This document shows positions 16,025 through 24,746 of a stretch of DNA of 64,000 nucleotides, piece after piece (the first letter of the stretch is position 1; every line of letters begins with the position of its first letter). The translations under genes were made by a program, and so were the position numbers. The notes under the pieces are model-generated. The model was given only the letters and a program-made list of their open reading frames with translations. It did no database searches and had not been told where the DNA came from. This DNA is from Acutalibacteraceae bacterium (GTDB lineage Bacteria > Bacillota > Clostridia > Oscillospirales > Acutalibacteraceae): positions 536-64,535 of the forward strand of contig JBJEOI010000015.1 of assembly GCA_051880635.1 (NCBI GenBank), in the 5' to 3' direction.

Positions 16025-17224
16025 TTATACCTTTTCGAAAAATGTATCGGGTCTCTGAGGGTCAAATTGTTCGTTTGCCCACATAAGAGTCACAAGGTCG
16101 TCTGTCTGAGATAAGTTTATTATATTATGAGTATAACCCGGGAGCATATGAACGGCCTTTATTTTTTCGCCGCTGACATAAAACTCGAGAACCTCGTCAC
16201 TGCCGATTTTTCTCTGACGGATAAGTCCCTTGCCTGAAACGACAATGAAAAACTCCCACTTTGAATTATGCCAGTGTTGCCCCTTTGTTATACCGGCCTT
16301 GCTGATATTCACTGAAAACTGCCCGCATTTTTCCGTTTTCAGAAGCTCGGTGAAGCTGCCTCTTTCATCGCAGTTCATCACAAGGTCAAACATCGCCTTT
16401 TCTTTGGGCAGATATGAAAGATAGGTCGAATAAAGTTTTTTTGCAAATGAGTTTTCGGGAATTTCGGGCATTACGAGCGTTTTTGCCTGCTCCTTGAACA
16501 TATCGAGAAGATCGGCTATCTCACCGAGCGTCACTTTATAAGTTTTCGGGCAGTAACAGTATCTTCCGCTTTCATCATGTATAGGCTGAAGCCCGATATA
16601 AAAGCATCGGTGCTCCTTATTTTCGAGAGCGTCGAGCATCTCAGAAACAAGGTCGTCTATATATAGAAGCTCCAAAACCGTGCTTCTGTCATTGACTTTA
16701 ATCTCAAGGTCGTTTGCCTTATTATAGCAAAATGTTGCAACGGCTGAATTATAATTCGGTCTGCACCACTTGCCGAAAAGATTGGGAAAGCGGTAAATGA
16801 GAACCTTTACCCCCTCCTGCTCAGCGTAAGAGAAAAAGAGTTCTTCGCCCCTGAGCTTACTCTTTCCGTAGTCAGACTCGCCGTATCGCCCTAAAAGAGA
16901 CGCCTGAATTGAAGACGAAAGCATAACAGGGCATTTGTTACCGTGTTTTTTCAGAGTGTCAAGAAGCTCCGACGCAAATCCGAAATTGCCCTCCATAAAC
17001 TCTGAATTATCCTTGGGTCTGTTGACGCCCGCAAGGTTAAACACGAAATCAGCCTTTTCACAGTATGCGTCGAGCTCTTCTTTCGGGGTATCAATATCAA
17101 ATTCAAATATGTTTTCTATTTTAAGGTCGGGTCTTGTCTTATTCTTGCCGTCTCTGATGTTTTTGAGATTTTCGACAAGATTTTTTCCGACAAAGCCCTT
17201 TGCACCCGTAACAAGTATGTTCAT
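16025..17224 (-). CDS. fnlB: FnlB/Cap5F/WbjC-like reductase with C-terminal cupin (L-FucNAc pathway step 2)
   Basis: 'MNILVTGAKGFVGKNL', 'LAGVNRP', 'LSSSIQA', 'YRFPNLFGKWCRPNYNSAVATFCYN'. These closely follow the S. aureus Cap5F pattern as I recall it. Confidence 0.8.
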   Translation of the reverse strand: MNILVTGAKGFVGKNLVENLKNIRDGKNKTRPDLKIENIFEFDIDTPKEELDAYCEKADFVFNLAGVNRPKDNSEFMEGNFGFASELLDTLKKHGNKCPVMLSSSIQASLLGRYGESDYGKSKLRGEELFFSYAEQEGVKVLIYRFPNLFGKWCRPNYNSAVATFCYNKANDLEIKVNDRSTVLELLYIDDLVSEMLDALENKEHRCFYIGLQPIHDESGRYCYCPKTYKVTLGEIADLLDMFKEQAKTLVMPEIPENSFAKKLYSTYLSYLPKEKAMFDLVMNCDERGSFTELLKTEKCGQFSVNISKAGITKGQHWHNSKWEFFIVVSGKGLIRQRKIGSDEVLEFYVSGEKIKAVHMLPGYTHNIINLSQTDDLVTLMWANEQFDPQRPDTFFEKV

Positions 17225-17817
17225 TTTTCATTCCTCTTAAAATAATATGTATTCCTGCGCTTTATTTTTCTGAGCAGAATAAAAATTCCCGCTCCTAAAG
17301 CTACGCCGGCGATATTGTGAAAAATATCGTCAAATTCAAAATAGCCTACTTTTGAAATAAGCTGAACCGTTTCGATAATAAGTGAAAAGCCTGCGCCGAA
17401 AAGGATTGTTTCTTTTACTGAGACTGTTTTATTCTTTAGTTTATAGCCGCATTGAGGCACAACAAAACCAAACGGAACAAATATCGCAATATTATATAAA
17501 TTCTGAATAAGCAGCTCGGTATCGTGATTTTTTATAATCTCACGGTATGACCAGAATAAAACAAGCTCGAAATTAAAATTATTATTAGGCAATCTGATAA
17601 AGATTGTCAGCACCAGAATAAAAACAAAATACGGAGCAAAGAGCGTTCTATAGACCGCCTGTGTTTTATTCAGCGCCTTGTCAAGATATTTTTCACGGTT
17701 GAGCATTACGGCGAAGAAAAATACAACCGGTATGAATATCCGCCAGAAAACCGATATTCTGCCAAGGTAATAAACTATGGTATCAATCAAAACAGTATCC
17801 TCACAAATAATACGCAA
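17221..17817 (-). CDS. VanZ-like membrane protein (second copy)
   Basis: 198 aa, multi-TM, C-terminal 'GYFEFDDIFHNIAGVALG'. ATGA overlap with fnlB. Confidence 0.55.
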   Translation of the reverse strand: MRIICEDTVLIDTIVYYLGRISVFWRIFIPVVFFFAVMLNREKYLDKALNKTQAVYRTLFAPYFVFILVLTIFIRLPNNNFNFELVLFWSYREIIKNHDTELLIQNLYNIAIFVPFGFVVPQCGYKLKNKTVSVKETILFGAGFSLIIETVQLISKVGYFEFDDIFHNIAGVALGAGIFILLRKIKRRNTYYFKRNEK

Positions 17818-17820
17818 CTA

Positions 17821-18996
17821 TCAGTTATCTTTTCTCCACACCATCTTATTGACAACACCCGTATAGCTCTGAATAATCTTCACTACCTTGTCGGATACAT
17901 TTTCATCGGTATAGTCCGGCACGGGAATACCTAAATCACCGTTTCTGTTCATCTCGACCGCTGTATCGACAGCCTGAAGAAGACTTTTTTCATCAATGCC
18001 CGCAAGAACAAAGCATCCCTTATCAAGCCCTTCGGGGCGTTCGGTTGAGGTGCGTATGCATACGGCAGGGAATGAGTGACCTATAGAGGTGAAAAAGCTG
18101 CTTTCTTCGGGTAACGTGCCGCTGTCGGAAACCACTGCAAAAGCGTTCATCTGAAGACAGTTATAGTCGATAAACCCGAGAGGCTCGTGAGCCGTGACCC
18201 GTCTGTCAAGCTCAAAGCCGCTTTGCTGAAGCTTTTTTCTTGAGCGCGGGTGACACGAATAGAGCACTGGCATATCATATTTTTCAGCCATTTTATTGAC
18301 GGCGTTAAAGAGACTCTCAAAGTTTTTGTCGGTGTCGATATTCTCCTCTCTGTGAGCGGAAAGAAGAATATATTTGCCCTTTTCAAGCCCTAATCTTTCA
18401 TGAATGTCGCTCTTTTCAAATTTGTCAAGATATCCGTGAAGAACTTCAGCCATGGGCGAGCCTGTGACAAAGGTTCTTTCTTTCGGCAGTCCGCAATCGG
18501 CAAGATAACGCCTTGCGTGTTCAGAATAAGCCATATTGACATCCGAAATAATATCAACTATACGGCGGTTTGTCTCTTCGGGGAGACATTCGTCTTTACA
18601 GCGGTTGCCCGCTTCCATATGAAAAATCGGGATATGAAGCCGCTTTGCTCCGATAACCGAAAGACAGCTGTTTGTATCGCCCAGAACAAGAACCGCATCG
18701 GGCTTTATCTCTGCCATCAGCTTATATGAAGAGGAAATGATGTTCCCCATAGTTTCACCGAGGTCACCCCCTGCGACATTCATATATACCTCAGGCTCGT
18801 CAAGCTCAAGGTCACGGAAAAAAATTCCGTTGAGGTTATAGTCATAATTCTGACCTGTGTGCGCAAGTACGGTGTCAAAATACCTGCGGCACTTTTTTAT
18901 GACAGCCGAAAGCCTTATTATCTCAGGTCGTGTGCCGACGATAATAAGGAGCTTGAGTTTTCCGTTGTTTTTGAAAGAAAGATTTGTATTGTTCAT
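17821..18996 (-). CDS. fnlC: UDP-N-acetylglucosamine 2-epimerase, non-hydrolysing (FnlC/Cap5G/WbjD-like)
   Basis: 'LLIIVGTRPEIIRLSAVIKK', 'HTGQNYDYNLNGIFFRDLEL', 'HMEAGNRC', 'PEETNRRIVD'. Confidence 0.85.
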   Translation of the reverse strand: MNNTNLSFKNNGKLKLLIIVGTRPEIIRLSAVIKKCRRYFDTVLAHTGQNYDYNLNGIFFRDLELDEPEVYMNVAGGDLGETMGNIISSSYKLMAEIKPDAVLVLGDTNSCLSVIGAKRLHIPIFHMEAGNRCKDECLPEETNRRIVDIISDVNMAYSEHARRYLADCGLPKERTFVTGSPMAEVLHGYLDKFEKSDIHERLGLEKGKYILLSAHREENIDTDKNFESLFNAVNKMAEKYDMPVLYSCHPRSRKKLQQSGFELDRRVTAHEPLGFIDYNCLQMNAFAVVSDSGTLPEESSFFTSIGHSFPAVCIRTSTERPEGLDKGCFVLAGIDEKSLLQAVDTAVEMNRNGDLGIPVPDYTDENVSDKVVKIIQSYTGVVNKMVWRKDN

Positions 18997-19015
18997 TTTG
19001 AAGCCTCGGTTTTAA

Positions 19016-20455
19016 TCAGAATTTTCCGTAAATAAATGCGGTGTTGCCAAAATATGAAAGATATATTGTAATCCCTGTAAAAGTAATGAATAATATCAGT
19101 CCTTTAAATGTCGATAAATTTGCAATAGGATAAAAAGCTGTAACTCTGCTTGTTCCGCTCTGCCTCTTTTTTGCAGTTGCAATAACGGTATAAATAATCA
19201 TTATTATAGCACAGAAAACTGTCCATGTATATATCTGCGTTACTCCGTCTCTGAAAGAGAATAATCCTTTGAATATTTCAAGTGCGTTATCCAGACTGTC
19301 AGCCCTGAAGAATATCCAAAGTAATGAGACATAAACAAAATTCATAAGAACAGAGAGCGTATTCCAAAGCTTACCTCCGGCATTCTTATTGCCAAACTTT
19401 TTCTCTTTAAAAATCAAAAAACGCTTATGCAAAATAAGTCCTATGCCGTGAAGAGCGCCCCATATAAGATATGTAACTCCCGCACCGTGCCAAATTCCTC
19501 CTATCAGCATTGTAAGAAACAAGTTAAAATAGGTTCTGATTTTTCCTTTTCTGTTTCCTCCGAGCGGGTAATATATATATTCCTGAAGCCATGATGAAAG
19601 ACTTATATGCCATCTCTTCCAAAACTCAGTCAAATTCTTTGAAATGTAAGGCAAATCAAAATTTTTGCCTAAATCAAAGCCTAATATTTTACCTATTCCT
19701 ATTGCCATATCGGAATAACCCGAAAAATCAAAATAAAGCTGAAATGAATAGCTGATAACTGCAATTAAAATTGTCAGCGACGAAAACGCTTTCGGGGTGT
19801 TATAAACATCATTAACGAAGACACTAAGATGATCAGCAATAACAAGCTTTTTGAAAACGCCGAAAACAAATATCTGAATACCATTTGCAAAATTATCAAA
19901 GCTGATAACATTTTTCCCGCTTTCAAGCTGCTTAAAAAAGCTATCCGACTTTACAATAGGCCCACAAACAAGTTTTGGGAAGAATGAAAGATATAGCGCA
20001 TAGTCAAGAAAATTTCTGCGCAATTTGGTTTTATCACGATAGACGTCAACAAGATATCCTATTGCAGAAAATGTATAGAATGAAATTCCTATCGGAAGCA
20101 TTATGCTCACTGTTATACTTTCTTCCGAGAATAATCTGCTAATTGAAGATGAAATGGCGGTACTGTATTTGGGAACAGCGAGAAGAAGTATGCCTATAAT
20201 AATTCCAACAGCAATAGGAAGCTTTTTATTTTTTGATTTTTCACTTCTGAGAGCACAGATATATGTTATGACGGTCAGAAGAGCAATAAACACCAAACAG
20301 CTCCAGTCTGAAAGCAATATATATAAATAACTTGAAATAATGAGTACCGGCTTCGAAGCATAACTGTATTTTTCTTTTAAAAAAATCTTTATTAAGCAAA
20401 GGATTATATAAACAACAGCAAAAAAAACAATAAATTTTATATCTGAAAACGGCAT
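19016..20455 (-). CDS. MBOAT-family (AlgI/DltB-like) membrane O-acyltransferase
   Basis: 479 aa polytopic protein with 'FWKRWHISLSSWLQEYIYYPLGGNRKG' and 'GIWHGAG', which carries the MBOAT catalytic His. Confidence 0.85.
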   Translation of the reverse strand: MPFSDIKFIVFFAVVYIILCLIKIFLKEKYSYASKPVLIISSYLYILLSDWSCLVFIALLTVITYICALRSEKSKNKKLPIAVGIIIGILLLAVPKYSTAISSSISRLFSEESITVSIMLPIGISFYTFSAIGYLVDVYRDKTKLRRNFLDYALYLSFFPKLVCGPIVKSDSFFKQLESGKNVISFDNFANGIQIFVFGVFKKLVIADHLSVFVNDVYNTPKAFSSLTILIAVISYSFQLYFDFSGYSDMAIGIGKILGFDLGKNFDLPYISKNLTEFWKRWHISLSSWLQEYIYYPLGGNRKGKIRTYFNLFLTMLIGGIWHGAGVTYLIWGALHGIGLILHKRFLIFKEKKFGNKNAGGKLWNTLSVLMNFVYVSLLWIFFRADSLDNALEIFKGLFSFRDGVTQIYTWTVFCAIIMIIYTVIATAKKRQSGTSRVTAFYPIANLSTFKGLILFITFTGITIYLSYFGNTAFIYGKF

Positions 20456-21507
20456 TATTTCTCAGCCTCCGTTTCATTAATTACAGTTGAAAGACGATCA
20501 GCAATAACATAATGTCCGTATTTATTAAGATGTCCGACTCCGACTGCCGTATTTGAAAATCCATGTGCTAAAATATGATTTTCATAATAAAGCTTTTCAA
20601 AATCCGAAGTCATATCTATGAATATAATTCCTTGCCTTGTGCACTCTTTACTAAAAGCAGAAAGATATTTTTCATCTGTAGCATATGTTACAATTCCTTC
20701 TTCATTCAGGTGTTCAGAAGGCTGATAGAATATTATCACCTTTATGTTATTTTTATCTGCACAAACTGATATTTTCCGCAGAAACTGCGAAAGCAGCTCT
20801 TCATATTCGTCATCAATATCGTTTTTGTCTTCTTTCTGCTTTTCTGACTTTCTGACAATCGTGTATGGTTTTTCAAAAGTAACTTTTTGACTTGTCGAAA
20901 TCCATTTTTCAAATTGACTGTACAAAAGCTTTACAGCAGGAATTTTCTGAAGATAATACATTATTCCTGAATCATATGACGCAATTGCTTTTGCACTTCC
21001 GTTTACAACCTCACTCATTGATTTCATGTCAAGAGATACTCTGTCAGTTTCAATAATTACATATTTCCCCGGATTATATGTTTTAACTGCATTTTCAAAA
21101 TTATCAACACAGCGGTATATGGTATGTCCTGAAATTCCTATATTATATGTTGATAATTCTTCCAGTTTCTCATTAAGAAGATAAGATGTATTCTCTTTTT
21201 GCATAAGCTCAAGAGCCTCCATATGAGAACTGCCCATAAGAAGAATATCAGGTGTTGTATCCACAGATTCAGCATTATTGAACCCAAAGGAATCCATTCT
21301 CAAAAAAGAAAAGCCTTCAACCATCTGGGTTTTCAACTGTCCGGGCTCCCACTTATAATCCGTTGAGCCGTCTAAGTTTCGAATATGAATTCCCTCATAG
21401 CGATATATAACGACAAACAGAGATAAAATAACAACTGAACTAAGTCCGGCAAAACAAATCTTCATAAATTGATAAAGAAAAGCTTTTATTCGGTTTTTAT
21501 TTTTCAT
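20455..21507 (-). CDS. Membrane-anchored SGNH/AlgJ-like partner of the MBOAT
   Basis: N-terminal TM helix, then 'ILLMGSSHMEAL' (GDS-like block I) and C-terminal 'VGHLNKYGH' (DxxH-like block V). 1-nt overlap with the MBOAT start. Confidence 0.55.
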   Translation of the reverse strand: MKNKNRIKAFLYQFMKICFAGLSSVVILSLFVVIYRYEGIHIRNLDGSTDYKWEPGQLKTQMVEGFSFLRMDSFGFNNAESVDTTPDILLMGSSHMEALELMQKENTSYLLNEKLEELSTYNIGISGHTIYRCVDNFENAVKTYNPGKYVIIETDRVSLDMKSMSEVVNGSAKAIASYDSGIMYYLQKIPAVKLLYSQFEKWISTSQKVTFEKPYTIVRKSEKQKEDKNDIDDEYEELLSQFLRKISVCADKNNIKVIIFYQPSEHLNEEGIVTYATDEKYLSAFSKECTRQGIIFIDMTSDFEKLYYENHILAHGFSNTAVGVGHLNKYGHYVIADRLSTVINETEAEK

Positions 21508-21521
21508 TTTATCCCACCTAC

Positions 21522-22739
21522 TCAGTTTTTCTTGTATAAATCAAGTTCATCATAAACCTTCATTCGCTCTATCGCTTCGCTTCTCGCTTCAAGAGGATGT
21601 ATTTTAGGTCTTTTGCCCATAAGCATACGTATTATATATCTGCCGCCGAAAAAAAGCCAGCCTATCGGCAGAAGAATTTTAAGCTTTCTCGCCGCTTTCC
21701 ACTTCTGATAAACAATTTTGTTCATTGACGAAATAAGCTGTGAAAATGAGGATTTTTTCTTGTCGCCGCTTTTTCCGCTTGAAATAAACAGCCTTTCCTG
21801 TGAACGCTTTTCATCCTTCTGACCGAAATTTCCTGCGCTGAAAACATCTTGAATTATTTCACGGCAAAGCTTATCGCAGTTTTCTTTGACCCATTTTTTT
21901 TCGGGGCAGCCGAGATATTCCGACACGGTTTGGGTCAGAACGCAGGCAAAGCGCCACAGCCCCGCTTTTTTCAGTTTTTCTTCAAACAAAGTGCAGAATT
22001 CTTCATCAGAAAGCGAATTGACAAAGACCGCCCAGTCGCACAGATGTCTCAGTCCCACGCCGCTCCCCGTCATATGATGAGCGGTATGCATAAGTATAAT
22101 CAAGCCGTGATGAAAAACCGACGGAATCATAACTTCGCCGAAATCTGTTTTTATCTTCTGTGATAATTCTATCGTATTATCAAGATAACCGCGAATTATT
22201 TCACCTGCTTCGCCCTCGGGAATACCCGACGGTTCAATATGCATTTCATATCTCACACCGTCCTTTATAAAAACACGGTGATAGTCATGATTTTCGTGGC
22301 TCATATCAAAGCCAGCCGAAATGAAAAGCTCACTCGCCTTTTCTATATCTTCACGGTGAATGAGAAAATCAATATCCCCCATTGCTCGAAACATATAATC
22401 GGGATAATATCTGCCCGAAGCATAACCCTTGAGAATTGTATAGGGTATTGCGGCACTTTCAAGCATAGTGTGAAGTTTTGCGTGCGCACTGTTCATCAGC
22501 ATATTTTTTGACAGCATCGCTCTCGTATGAAGCCTTATTTCGCCCAGTAGATTTTCAGGCAGAACCTCAGCGCTCACGGTCGAAAAAGCAAGCAGAGGAA
22601 CCGCCTGCATATACGCTTCTCTCCAGACAGAGGACCAATCGGTTTCTTTGTCTATCGGTCTGTCAGCCGAAAAAAGCGCATTTGAGAGTAGGTTGAGAAC
22701 GGTGTTTTGAGTTGGTGTCAGGTCTAAATTCTTATTCAT
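21522..22739 (-). CDS. Uncharacterised nucleotidyltransferase family protein (NTP_transf_5-like)
   Basis: 405 aa. 'AMGDIDFLIHREDIEKA' is a Pol-beta-type GxDxD-like motif. The helical remainder matches my recollection of PF14907. Confidence 0.55.
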   Translation of the reverse strand: MNKNLDLTPTQNTVLNLLSNALFSADRPIDKETDWSSVWREAYMQAVPLLAFSTVSAEVLPENLLGEIRLHTRAMLSKNMLMNSAHAKLHTMLESAAIPYTILKGYASGRYYPDYMFRAMGDIDFLIHREDIEKASELFISAGFDMSHENHDYHRVFIKDGVRYEMHIEPSGIPEGEAGEIIRGYLDNTIELSQKIKTDFGEVMIPSVFHHGLIILMHTAHHMTGSGVGLRHLCDWAVFVNSLSDEEFCTLFEEKLKKAGLWRFACVLTQTVSEYLGCPEKKWVKENCDKLCREIIQDVFSAGNFGQKDEKRSQERLFISSGKSGDKKKSSFSQLISSMNKIVYQKWKAARKLKILLPIGWLFFGGRYIIRMLMGKRPKIHPLEARSEAIERMKVYDELDLYKKN

Positions 22740-22746
22740 AAGTTCT

Positions 22747-23655
22747 TCAATTAACGGATTTGCCTTTTAGTTCTTCCAAAAGCCTGTCCATATCAATATC
22801 ATATTTTTCGCTGTTATTATGAATACCGCTGCCGCCGCCTTTATGATGAAGAGCGCCGCTTTTCGGAAAGCTCATATAATCGCCGTAAATATCGGTAAGA
22901 TATCCGTCGCAGTCGTTAGGCGCATAGAACTCATAATCTTCAAACCGTATCAGCTTCAGAGGAAAGATTGAACTGTCGCTGTGTACTTTCGGGAAATTCA
23001 TAAATTCGGGGTTATGGTACCAGACGGGATTTTCCGTGACATAACCGCCTATCATATTTTCCTTTTCCTGTGAAAGCTGCTGCTCCGTCAGGCTCTTTTC
23101 TTTTTTAACATAGAAGCGCCTGTAGCGGTATAATTTTTCGGCAAAGTCTTTTTCATTCGAAAAGCTGTCGGCAGAAATATTGTCCATAGGGAAAATATCC
23201 ATTATCGCTCCTGCTTTCCAAAGGGTAACTGCCATTCTTTTTCCGCCCTTCACAGTGACCTCGAAGCCGAATTTTTCAAGCTCCTTGGGCAGAATTTCCC
23301 TCGCACGGTTATAATCCTCTCTCGGCATGGTGACATCAAGGTCATCGTCCCAGGGGATAAAGCCCTTATGTCTGACAGCGCCGAGAAGCGTGCCCCAGTC
23401 AAGCCAATATCTCAGCGAATGCTCAGCGCATACCTCGTGAAAAATTCTCAGCATTTCTGCGTCAACAAGCTGAACCTTTCTGAGAAGTCCGCTCGCTTTT
23501 TTAGCCGACGTAATATCAACACAGTTATTCAATATGAAATGAAGCGTGTCAATTTCCTCCTGCTGCTTGTCCCAGCCGATTATCTTTCTGAGAAACGGTC
23601 TGAGCCTGCGCTCTATGATAATTTCGGAAAGGTTTTTAAATTTCTTTTTTAGCAT
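22747..23655 (-). CDS. licD: LicD-family phosphotransferase (phosphocholine / phospho-alditol transfer to glycan)
   Basis: 'YWLDWGTLLGAVRHKGFIPWDDDLDVTMPREDY' is the LicD core. Start set at Met16 (23655), which has a GAGGGA SD. The longer ORF would overlap fnlA. Confidence 0.85.
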   Translation of the reverse strand: MLKKKFKNLSEIIIERRLRPFLRKIIGWDKQQEEIDTLHFILNNCVDITSAKKASGLLRKVQLVDAEMLRIFHEVCAEHSLRYWLDWGTLLGAVRHKGFIPWDDDLDVTMPREDYNRAREILPKELEKFGFEVTVKGGKRMAVTLWKAGAIMDIFPMDNISADSFSNEKDFAEKLYRYRRFYVKKEKSLTEQQLSQEKENMIGGYVTENPVWYHNPEFMNFPKVHSDSSIFPLKLIRFEDYEFYAPNDCDGYLTDIYGDYMSFPKSGALHHKGGGSGIHNNSEKYDIDMDRLLEELKGKSVN

Positions 23656-23693
23656 ATAAATCCCTCGGAATTTTGATATTGCCGCCAAAACAA

Positions 23694-24734
23694 TTAACAC
23701 TTATGCCCAGAAAGAGCTTCTTTGACATAGTCTGTCGTGAGGATTTTTTTAACGGTCCCCTCAACATCAAGGAGCGTTGTGTTGCTCGATGTATAAGGCT
23801 CAAGCGTTTCTCTCCTCTGACCCTTGACAACAAATTTGTCATAGTTCAGGTCACGGTTATCCGCCGCAACACGGAAATACTGACCCATATCCTCGGCTCT
23901 GAGCTTTTCTTCGCTCGTCATAAGCGTCTCATAAAGCTTTTCGCCGTGGCGTGTGCCGATGATATTTGTGCCTGTGTCGCCGAAAAGCTGCTGAACAGCC
24001 TTTGCCAGATCACCTATTGTTGAAGCGTCGGCTTTCTGTATGAAAAGGTCGCCGGGATTTGCGTTTTCAAAAGCGAATTTGACAAGGTCAACCGCTTCGT
24101 CAAGGTTCATCAGAAATCTTGTCATATCGGGGTTTGTGATAGTAATCGGGTTACCCGCCTTTATCTGGTCGATAAAGAGAGGAATAACCGAGCCTCGTGA
24201 GCACATAACATTGCCGTATCTTGTGCAGGAAATGACGGTGCCCCCTCTTTCGGCGGCGACGCGTGCATTGGCGAAAATAACGTGCTCCATCATTGCCTTT
24301 GAAATGCCCATAGCGTTTATGGGGTATGCGGCTTTGTCGGTCGAGAGGCATACGACACGCTTAACGCCTGCGTCGATTGCGGCGTGAAGCATATTGTCTG
24401 TGCCGATAATATTTGTTCTGACCGCCTCCATAGGGAAAAATTCACATGAGGGCACCTGCTTTAAGGCGGCGGCGTGGAATATGTAGTCAACACCCGGCAT
24501 AGCATCGGCTATTGAGCGCGCGTCACGAACATCGCCTATGTAGAACTTAACCTTTGAAGCATATTCGGGGTACCGTGCCTGTAAATCATGGCGCATATCG
24601 TCCTGCTTCTTTTCGTCACGGGAAAAAATTCTGATTTGACCTATATCGGTTTTTAAAAAATGCTTTAATACGGTGTTACCGAACGAACCCGTGCCGCCGG
24701 TGATAAGTAATGTTTTATTTGTAAATGATGACAT
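23694..24734 (-). CDS. fnlA: UDP-GlcNAc 4,6-dehydratase/5-epimerase (FnlA/Cap5E/WbjB-like)
   Basis: 'KTLLITGGTGSFGNTVLKHFL', 'IRIFSRDEKKQDDMR', 'FHAAALKQVPSCEFFPMEAVRTNIIGT', 'STDKAAYPINAMGISKAMME'. Confidence 0.88.
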   Translation of the reverse strand: MSSFTNKTLLITGGTGSFGNTVLKHFLKTDIGQIRIFSRDEKKQDDMRHDLQARYPEYASKVKFYIGDVRDARSIADAMPGVDYIFHAAALKQVPSCEFFPMEAVRTNIIGTDNMLHAAIDAGVKRVVCLSTDKAAYPINAMGISKAMMEHVIFANARVAAERGGTVISCTRYGNVMCSRGSVIPLFIDQIKAGNPITITNPDMTRFLMNLDEAVDLVKFAFENANPGDLFIQKADASTIGDLAKAVQQLFGDTGTNIIGTRHGEKLYETLMTSEEKLRAEDMGQYFRVAADNRDLNYDKFVVKGQRRETLEPYTSSNTTLLDVEGTVKKILTTDYVKEALSGHKC

Positions 24735-24746
24735 AGTGTTTTCACC

